NCBI GenBank assembly: GCA_905250045.1
Contig: CAJNOG010001353.1
Location: 1-7,348 of the forward strand
From: Adineta steineri
Lineage: Eukaryota
Direction of reading: 5' to 3'
Length of the DNA: 7,348 nt
In this document: positions 1-6,652 of the stretch, piece after piece
Layout of the letters: every line of letters starts with the position of its first letter
Position numbering within the stretch: the stretch's first letter is position 1
Position numbers and translations under genes: made by a program
The notes under the pieces: generated by a model
The model's database searches: none
Seen by the model: only the letters and a program-made list of their open reading frames with translations
What the model was told of the DNA's origin: nothing

Positions 1-530
1 TCGCTTTATTTTTTGATTGTATAATGTGTTTTTTTTCTTCCAATTCAATAAATACATATTCGACACGCATTATATTACTTTACATGATGTTGCAATTACC
101 TGTAGGAAGAAGAAAAGTGAAAAAATAAAGATGTCACCTTCAACGAGAGAATTGAGATATAGAAACTACATTTAATGTTTTATTATGATTATTTTAGTAA
201 TATAAAATGATATATAATAGGTATGACTATCGCGTTTCTGGTTATAATTAACAAAGTATGGATGACTCTTCTTTCATTGATGTTTAAAATGTATATTGTC
301 ACTCAATCATAAAATCGAAGGGAGATATTTTTCTCAAGAAACAGAATCAAATAATACTCAGAAGACTATATTGATTGTACTATGCATGCAAAGCAAAATT
401 CACTAGATCGATATTTTTGGACATAGTCTATGTGATCATTTCTTTGTTTTAGAATATGAATGAAAATAAATACGATGCTCCTCTCAGATATCAAAACATG
501 ACTATAGTCGTGATTAATTAATCATATTCA

Positions 531-536
531 TTTATT
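531..536 (-). promoter_or_regulatory. Candidate polyadenylation signal (AATAAA on minus strand) of the 7TM receptor gene
   Basis: Plus-strand TTTATT at 531-536 is AATAAA on the minus strand, 99 nt downstream of the stop at 635. The other two genes show the same spacing class. Confidence 0.4.
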
Positions 537-634
537 ATTAATGAATCAAAAATACATGATATTACAACATAAAACAAATAGATGTATGAGGAATGAATGT
601 GTATGTCTTGTTAACCTACAATCTCAAGCAGTAT

Positions 635-1587
635 TTAGGCAATTGGTCTGCCTGGATAAATACGTGTTTGCTCATCTAGACGTCTTTTGATATGTTGAAA
701 CCATCGTCGAATTTCTTTCCGCATATTAGGTAATGAACCAATAATAATAAATGGTAAAATTTGATTAATAAAATAATAAAGATAAGCAAAGTAATTGTAT
801 TGTATATCAAAAGCAAAAGTTGGTGACCATAATGCTTCAATAACACCAATGACAATTGATGGAGATTGTAAAATAATATATGTCATCGAAATAAAAATCA
901 ATTGAATAATCATTCGTCTTTGGCGATGCCAATCTATTAATCTTCGGTGTCGCAGTTTTTGATCGATAATTCGATAAAAAAGCAGTAGATTAGCAAATAA
1001 TATAGCTGAAAGTGATACTGCATAATGAAACAGCCAATCATAAGCAGTTAAAACTGGGTCAAAATAATTATAGCATGCTCCCCCGCAGAATACCACTGAA
1101 TAATCCCATATATTCGTACATTGTCTTGGAAAAAATATTACAATTGCATAGAATATAGGAAGATAGATACAGTAGACAAACAAAGGTATGTAATGAAATA
1201 AGATCGAACACCATTTCTTCTTCATCAGTTGATTATGAAAACTAAACAAATGTCTTTCAATACAAAACCAAGCTGCTAGCTGCATAACACATCCGGTTAA
1301 TGTACAATCTAACCAAATCCAAACGGCACAAAATGTATACGTTTGTTGAACATTTTCACCGCAACGAAGATAGAATAGAAGAAGAGGAGCATCAGTAGTT
1401 TTTGTAAACAACTAATGATAAGCATGCAGATAATGACATGACGTTGTGGAGATTTAACAATCTCTTTTTGCCAATGACGAATAAAATAAATAAAAATATA
1501 GATATCACAAAGTAAAGATGGAACAATAGTACTTTGTAGCAGGACATATTTTGTCCATTGGAGACTTTCAGTATCATCATCAGCCAT
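635..1587 (-). CDS. Orphan rhodopsin-like 7TM receptor (GPCR-like), gene span; reading frame interrupted near 1411 (47-nt intron or 1-nt frameshift / possible pseudogene)
   Basis: Two overlapping minus-strand ORFs belong to one protein. ORF 1587..1309 starts at an ATG with an in-frame TGA two codons upstream and gives a short N-terminus plus TM1 (YVLLQSTIVPSLLCDIYIFIYFI), then RHWQKEIVKSPQRHVIICMLIIS. ORF 1411..635 gives TDAPLLLFYL, TM3 ending in IERH (the DRY position), TM4, a Cys-rich ECL2, TM5, a basic ICL3 (RHRRLIDWHRQRR), TM6, TM7 (YFINQILPFIIIG) and a basic helix-8-like tail. The stop is TAA at 637..635. Seven hydrophobic segments are present only if both ORFs are joined. The family call rests on topology and motifs only. 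Confidence 0.75.
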
Positions 1588-2819
1588 TAATCAAATTCTT
1601 TGTGCAAGTAAAAAAAATGATGATAAAGTTTTTCTTATCAAAATACAAATTATTCTGATGTGATGCTAAATTAAACTTCCTTTCTTTAGCAAGAATTTGA
1701 CATAAAAAGCATTAAATATCTGTCAAATTTGATTAAACATTTCAAAGCAAAAAATAAAAACAGCAATCTCTTTGCATGTGCGTAAAAATGTTTTTATTTA
1801 TCACAGATAAACTTAATTTTAATTTTTTAAAAAGTTACCTCAATCGAATAGATGCACACAATTATAGATGATGAGAGATTATCTAAATGCGCTTTTTACT
1901 GTAATTATTTTGACAACTAATATATTAATAGCAAAGGAATATCAGTTCTCAAAATGCATCTTCAAATATTTATATTTCATCATACTAGATTCGAAATTAG
2001 GATAAAAGTCTGGTTGATTCCAGCCAATATAATTTGTTTATACGATATAATAGAGAAAATTTAGGGAAGAAATGACTCTGGCTAGTCTATCGAATAGATT
2101 CCTTTTAAAATCCTTTTTTGCCGTGATTATTTTTAAATGAAAAAGGGAAAATGTGCTTTAGAATGTCTTTCATTCTAGATTTCTTAACTAATTTGATTAA
2201 CAAGCGATCAGAGGTTTGATCCGGGTCGCATCTAGATTCAATACTAAATTAGCAACTGATGAATTAGTAAGAAATTATATGACTCGCTAGGTCATGATGA
2301 CTTAGAAAACGATAAATGAATGTAAACTCGTTCGAAACCAATACTATTCGTTTACTTACAGAAAACTATACAAGGAGACTTAATATATGTTCATTCTCAG
2401 ACATGAATATTCGTTTTTCGGAGTTACCTATACTGGAACTTATATTCTCGTACTTAAACTGAGAATTTCTAGTGTTCCGTTTCCGAGATCATCGTGACAC
2501 AAAATAAGACATTTTGTTATTGCATACATCTAAGAACTAGAGCAAAATTAATAACACGCGAAGATATATCCATATATGTAATAATTCTAATGATGATAGA
2601 CAAAATAGATGATTATCCTCTATCGTATATATGTGCACGTATTAATACTGTGTAAAAGTAATGCACTAATAGAATATATTTAATGACTATGCATGCGATG
2701 ATGATGATAAACGTGCATATTACAAAAAGGAAAAAGAAAAAAAAACAATTTTAATTTTAAGAAAGAACATTGAACAAAAGATAGTGTGTAACAAACGGAA
2801 ATAAATGTACACAATAAGC

Positions 2820-2825
2820 TTTATT
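2820..2825 (-). promoter_or_regulatory. Candidate polyadenylation signal (AATAAA on minus strand) of Nkx6
   Basis: Plus-strand TTTATT at 2820-2825 lies 79 nt downstream of the stop at 2904. Confidence 0.4.
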
Positions 2826-2903
2826 TTCACAAGTAGCTGAAACACTAAAACAAGAAAAAAAGAAGACGAAGAGAACAAGACAGAAAAAGAAGCGAAGAGT
2901 AAG

Positions 2904-3024
2904 TTAAGTTGAATTTGAATCTGATTCAATCGTCGGAATTGATTCATCATTACTTTGCTGTTTATTTCGTTTACCGGATGCTCCATGGATTTCGGAAGCA
3001 TGTTTCTTTCGCCATTTTGTACGT
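2904..3024 (-). CDS. Nkx6: Nkx6 coding exon 4 (end of homeodomain plus short C-terminal tail)
   Basis: The acceptor is TTATTAAG| (AG at 3026/3025). The exon reads A CGT ACA AAA TGG CGA AAG AAA CAT GCT ..., giving (R)[39 protein letters not shown]. The stop is TAA at 2906..2904. Confidence 0.88.
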
Positions 3025-5202
3025 CTTAATAATAATTTAAAAAAATAAATAAGATTATAAAAAAAAATATTATTTCATTTTACCTATTTTGAAACCATAC
3101 CTAAAGTAAAAATAAATTATGCATTTAGAAAAAGACTTTGATAGCAAAATAAAATTTTCTTACTTTTACTTGTGCTTCACTCATCGATAATTGACAAGCA
3201 AGCCGTGATCTTTCTGTTCCAGCTAAATATTTCGTATTTTCAAACATTTTTTCTAATGCAAATATTTGATGTCCAGTAAATGTTGGTCGACTACTTTTAC
3301 GTTTCATATCTTTCGATAATAATTCATTATCAGTCATCATACTGGAATAATGTGACACTTGAGAATTCTCCATTGAAACACCTAAATAGATACTTTCTTT
3401 TATGAGAACTTATTTGTTTATGAAAGAAAGCAATACGAAGTAACGGCTTATTAATAACCTTTTGTGTTCATATGTATTGTAAACACACTTGAGAGAGAAA
3501 AAAATCAAAACAAATTATTCAAAAGGTTGACGTGCTCCTTGATGATGCCATTGTTTATTGTGATCTTCTCTTTTCGAATGAATGCGCATTTGAATTGATC
3601 TCGACATGTTTGATGACAATTTCACGGACATACCGGCAAAATCACTTTTCAATCGATCATCATATATATATAATTATCAATTAGATGATGATGATAGAAA
3701 GAAATCTTGATTTCAATATCATTCTTGATAGATTACTCGAGTTAAATATCATGTTAGGTTATTTTTCTACCTTCATATTACAATGCTATCATAAAATTTT
3801 AATGATGTATGTTAGGAGGACATAAAGATCATCTATTTTCAATTATTTTTATTTTTTTATATATGTACAACATATTTTTTTAATCTATAAAAATTAAAGA
3901 CGATGGTTCATTGACAGTAAATGACATTATCAACGGAAGCGGCGTTCTCTCTTACTTTCTCTTCATATTATTCGTATAGTTTATTGCTATCAACATCCGT
4001 TATTTTTTCTCATAAGATGATTCGAGTCATTACACATCTTTCTTTCAATTGATTTATCTTTGTAGAAAAACATTTCTTCTTTGCTATACATTAAATGTAT
4101 ATTGATCTCATTAAAAAAAAGTCAAAAATCTCTGTCATATAAAAGGTAATAACAAATCAGCTGAGCAACGATAAATATACTCGTCACGCCTCTTTGCTAT
4201 ATGAATAGAAATTGAAGACATCGCACGTGCAATTCTTTCTACTGCTGGTGCCATTGAGTGTGTTGATGCGGTTAAAAAACGATTAAAAAACAACAGACAA
4301 ATTTTAGTTTGTGTGACAAATTGGCTCTCAATCATGCAACGTCTGGTGTTGATCGATCGACCGAAATGATGCGATCATATTCATACAAATGTTGCCTGAT
4401 AGATCGAACTCAAATGTCATTTTATATAAAATAATAACGGCCTGATGACTCTCTTTTTTTTATATTCTAGCAAAACATAAGCAAACAAAACAAAAAAAGA
4501 GAGAAACGGAAGCCTATTGTCAAACGCCGTTCTGTATTACATAAAAAACGAGCTAAAGAAACTGAAAGAATGTGCAGATGTAATGCGCCGGCAACAAATA
4601 TTATAAATCATCCTTCCAATCATTGAATAACCATTAAGATAGAGAATGAATGAATGAATGAATGAATGAATGTATATTTATATATATATATATGTATATA
4701 CACCTATGAATGAGGTATTGAGCAAGCTCTTCTCTATACAATAGGATGGTATAAATGAGTTCGAAAAATTTTTACCTTTTGTTATATGTTGTGGATGCCA
4801 TGCGGAGGTGTTTGAAGTAGTTGTTTGTGCCATTGGTATTTGTGACCAATCATCTCGAGGAAGAAAATTATTTGACGGTGGTGTTAGAACAGATGAATGA
4901 TGATGATTTTGTTGAATATAATTAAATTGAGTTAAATTTAATGTGGTTGTCGATGGATTTGAACGTGTAAGAAAATCATTTGATAATGGTGGTGAACTTC
5001 CTGAACTTGAACTACATGCACTGGAATCAAAAAGAGCTTTATTTGTTGTTGATGTTGTTGTTGGTTGTTGTTGAATATATGAAATTTTCTCTTGTCCTCC
5101 TGTTGTCGAAGATGATGAGGAGGAAAAAAATGACGGCAATGGACTACCAGGAAACCAAAAATTCGGTTGATGTTGATTCGATGTACTTGCAGTTGATAAC
5201 AT
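2904..5202 (-). CDS. Nkx6: Nkx6-class (NK6 / HGTX) homeobox transcription factor, gene span. Conservative model: complement join(5202..4776, 3381..3164, 3100..3084, 3024..2904), 260 aa. The true start may lie further upstream.
   Basis: The spliced product contains a 60-aa homeodomain: [60 protein letters not shown]. About 47 of 60 residues are identical to the human NKX6-1 homeodomain as I recall it. It includes the family-typical QIFALEK and TKYLAG motifs and the WRKKHA continuation. All junctions are GT..AG and phase-consistent (427+218+17+121 = 783 nt = 261 codons including the stop). The N-terminal exon is Ser/Thr/Gln-rich and contains NFWFPG, reminiscent of the IFWPG motif of Nkx6 proteins. 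Confidence 0.9.
3084..3100 (-). CDS. Nkx6: Nkx6 coding exon 3: 17-nt microexon GTATGGTTTCAAAATAG (V47 W48 F49 Q50 N51 plus 2 nt of R52)
   Basis: It is preceded by TTTACTTTAG (AG at 3102/3101) and followed by GTAAAATG (GT at 3083/3082). Only this exon restores the invariant VWFQNRR with correct homeodomain spacing. Confidence 0.8.
3164..3381 (-). CDS. Nkx6: Nkx6 coding exon 2 (pre-homeodomain linker plus homeodomain residues 1-46)
   Basis: The acceptor is CTATTTAG|GT at 3383/3382. The exon starts with GT, completing a Gly codon with the G at 4776. It ends CAA GTA AAA|GTAAGA (donor at 3163/3162, phase 0). It encodes ...[50 protein letters not shown]. Confidence 0.9.
4644..4672. repeat. (GAAT)7 tetranucleotide microsatellite inside Nkx6 intron 1
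   Basis: Seven perfect tandem GAAT units are read directly from the sequence. Confidence 0.95.
4679..4693. repeat. (TA)7 dinucleotide microsatellite inside Nkx6 intron 1
   Basis: A perfect TA run directly follows the GAAT repeat. Confidence 0.9.
4776..5202 (-). CDS. Nkx6: Nkx6 coding exon 1 (from the first in-frame ATG; the frame is open up to 5256)
   Basis: The ATG is at 5202..5200. The exon ends ...CAT ATA ACA AAA G|GTAAAAAT (donor GT at 5775-equivalent positions 4775/4774, phase 1). The ORF-track start at 5247 is a TTG, not an ATG. Confidence 0.8.
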
Positions 5203-5391
5203 TATATCATCTAATAATAATGAATTTTCAATAGAAAATGATGGCAATATAACATACTAGGAAGAAAAAAAAAGAATAGATCTATAATTTTATTTTAAAT
5301 ATATAATATTAACTTACCACAAATTAAAAAACTCAAATATTGTCTCTTTATTTTTAAACGATGTGTTATTAGTTTTTAATATTTGAATGAT

Positions 5392-5440
5392 GAGAGAAAA
5401 TAGAGGGAGAGAGAGAGAAAGAGGGAGAAGGGAAGAGAAA
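5392..5440. repeat. Purine (GA-rich) tract upstream of Nkx6 exon 1
   Basis: GAGAGAAAATAGAGGGAGAGAGAGAGAAAGAGGGAGAAGGGAAGAGAAA is 49 nt with a single pyrimidine. Confidence 0.9.
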
Positions 5441-5510
5441 TATATTTATGATTGTATTTCCGTTCGAACAATTAATCAAGTGTTTCTTGTCGTCGCGTCT
5501 CTTTTGACGA

Positions 5511-5543
5511 TGTATGTGATGTGTGTCCCTGTGTATATGTGTG
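5511..5543. repeat. Imperfect (TG)n-like tract
   Basis: TGTATGTGATGTGTGTCCCTGTGTATATGTGTG lies between the GA tract and the CT tract. Confidence 0.8.
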
Positions 5544-5572
5544 AATCGTTGTTCGATAGATAATTTGATTTA

Positions 5573-5639
5573 TTCTCTCTCTTTCTTTCTCTCTACTCTC
5601 GTCGTTCTACTTTACCTTTTTTTTTCTTCTCTTTCTCTT
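5573..5639. repeat. Pyrimidine (CT-rich) tract, in inverted sense relative to the 5392-5440 GA tract
   Basis: The run TTCTCTCTCTTTCTTTCTCTCTACTCTCGTCGTTCTACTTTACCTTTTTTTTTCTTCTCTTTCTCTT is almost entirely pyrimidine. Confidence 0.85.
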
Positions 5640-5654
5640 AATAGATAACAGTTC

Positions 5655-5669
5655 TTTTTTTTTTTTTTT
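5655..5669. repeat. T15 homopolymer
   Basis: Fifteen consecutive T on the plus strand (A15 on the gene strand). Confidence 0.95.
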
Positions 5670-5964
5670 CTTCATATAAATCCACAGAACGGATCGATTT
5701 TTTATTGGTTAGATCGTTAAAGAATTCCTATTCGTTACAAATCTCTTCCGCTGATAGAAATAACAACAAAATGCTCTTAGTGTCTTCCTATGAGACTATT
5801 ATTCAAATTATGCAAATGAGTAGAATATTCTATCTTTTCAAATGTTAATAACCATTCATCAATCATTGATTGTTTTATTTTTTATCAAGATTTTTTCCTA
5901 AAAAAAAATAATAATTCCATTTTTCTCCTTATATGTTATAATCACATATGTTTGGTAACAATTC

Positions 5965-5988
5965 ATATATATATATATATATGTGTGT
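5965..5988. repeat. (AT)9(GT)3 compound microsatellite
   Basis: ATATATATATATATATATGTGTGT is read directly. It lies in the spacer between the GST 3' end and the Nkx6 5' region. Confidence 0.9.
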
Positions 5989-6380
5989 ATACATATTTCT
6001 TTCTAATATCCATCCCATAAACACTCTCATATAGCATCCCATTTGCATACCGTACTGTATATATGCTTACTAAACACAACTATTGAAGAAATCAAATTGC
6101 AATTATGTCCATTGCTCGTCGTTCTATCGCATAAACAAGGCGAACGCGCGAGAGAAGAGAGATGTGTCAAAAAAAGAGCCTTGCAAATAACGAATACAAA
6201 AGCAACTCGGACAATTGAGAAATGTTTGGAAAGATTTAATTATAGAATATAACCATTTGCTTTAATTCTTTACACATTTCTACACTAGAAAAAAAACAGA
6301 TTTGATTTATTCGTTGTTTGATCAAAGTATCATAATATTTTGATGTCAAAATGTATGTACTTTTTTCTTTCTATCAATGG

Positions 6381-6386
6381 TTTATT
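6381..6386 (-). promoter_or_regulatory. Candidate polyadenylation signal (AATAAA on minus strand) of the GST gene
   Basis: Plus-strand TTTATT at 6381-6386 lies 85 nt downstream of the stop at 6471. Confidence 0.4.
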
Positions 6387-6470
6387 AATCACAAGTTATA
6401 AAATCACAAAAAAAACATTCAGTCGAAATAAAATCACATAGTATCAAAAACGAAAAACAGAATCATTTAA

Positions 6471-6652
6471 TTAAAGTTTAGAATTTTGATTTTTCAATAT
6501 GTCACGTCTCATACGCATAGGAACGGCATGGGCTTCATCGAAATAAGGTTCTGTTTCTCGTTTTACTCGTTGCATCCAATCATGAACACGAGGAAATTTT
6601 TCTTGATTTAAATTATACCCTGCAGCAATTGGTTGCATCAGTTCACAAATAC
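6471..6652 (-). CDS. Gstt: GST theta exon 4 (terminal)
   Basis: The acceptor is TATATTTAG| (AG at 6654/6653). It encodes (G)ICELMQPIAAGYNLNQEKFPRVHDWMQRVKRETEPYFDEAHAVPMRMRRDILKNQNSKL. The stop is TAA at 6473..6471. Confidence 0.9.

Noticed and set aside
106-175. Possible terminal exon on the plus strand (acceptor TTACCTGTAG| then ...KKKSEKIKMSPSTRELRYRNYI stop)
   Set aside because: It is only about 23 codons, lysine-rich and low-complexity, with no recognisable domain and no upstream exon visible because the window starts here. It cannot be supported.
511-524. Perfect 14-bp palindrome TGATTAATTAATCA (two back-to-back TGATTAAT Pbx/Hox-like sites) next to the receptor gene's poly(A) signal
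   Set aside because: A rough estimate gives about one AT-rich 14-bp palindrome per window of this size and composition by chance, and TAAT cores are ubiquitous here.
1395-1415. Programmed -1 ribosomal frameshifting as an explanation for the receptor frame break
   Set aside because: There is no X XXY YYZ slippery heptamer in the correct frame and no obvious downstream stem-loop or pseudoknot. An indel or an intron is far more parsimonious.
1392-1580. 62-aa minus-strand ORF overlapping the 5' part of the 7TM gene
   Set aside because: It is in the third frame over the same DNA as the receptor's N-terminal exon. It is a hydrophobic, low-complexity translation typical of T-rich codons read out of frame, with no independent support.
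2213-2235. tRNA T-arm-like string GGTTTGATCCGGGTC
   Set aside because: The flanks do not form a T stem, and I could not build an acceptor, D or anticodon arm on either strand. It is not a tRNA or an obvious tRNA-derived SINE.
2720-3001. 93-aa minus-strand ORF
   Set aside because: It overlaps the Nkx6 terminal exon out of frame and continues into the AT/GA-rich 3'UTR. The homeodomain-continuing frame (RTKWRKKHA...) is clearly the real one.
3393-3430. Hairpin CTTTCTTT...AAAGAAAG (8-11 bp stem) 12-50 nt from the 3' splice site of Nkx6 intron 1
   Set aside because: The stem is short, AT-rich and built from the polypyrimidine tract. Similar pairings are expected by chance, and there is no basis for a regulatory claim.
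4135-4335. 66-aa minus-strand ORF inside Nkx6 intron 1
   Set aside because: It has no recognisable domain and no flanking splice sites that would place it in phase with exons 1 and 2. It is best explained as a stop-poor, GC-richer non-coding island, which is reported as part of the intron finding.
4980-5234. 84-aa plus-strand ORF antisense to Nkx6 exon 1
   Set aside because: It is the mirror image of Ser/Thr/Gln-rich coding sequence. Antisense frames of such repeats are often open, and there is no motif support.
6043-6252. 69-aa plus-strand ORF in the GST-Nkx6 spacer
   Set aside because: It has no recognisable family similarity, splice context or codon-pattern support. The ORF is short and opens at a non-conserved-looking start.
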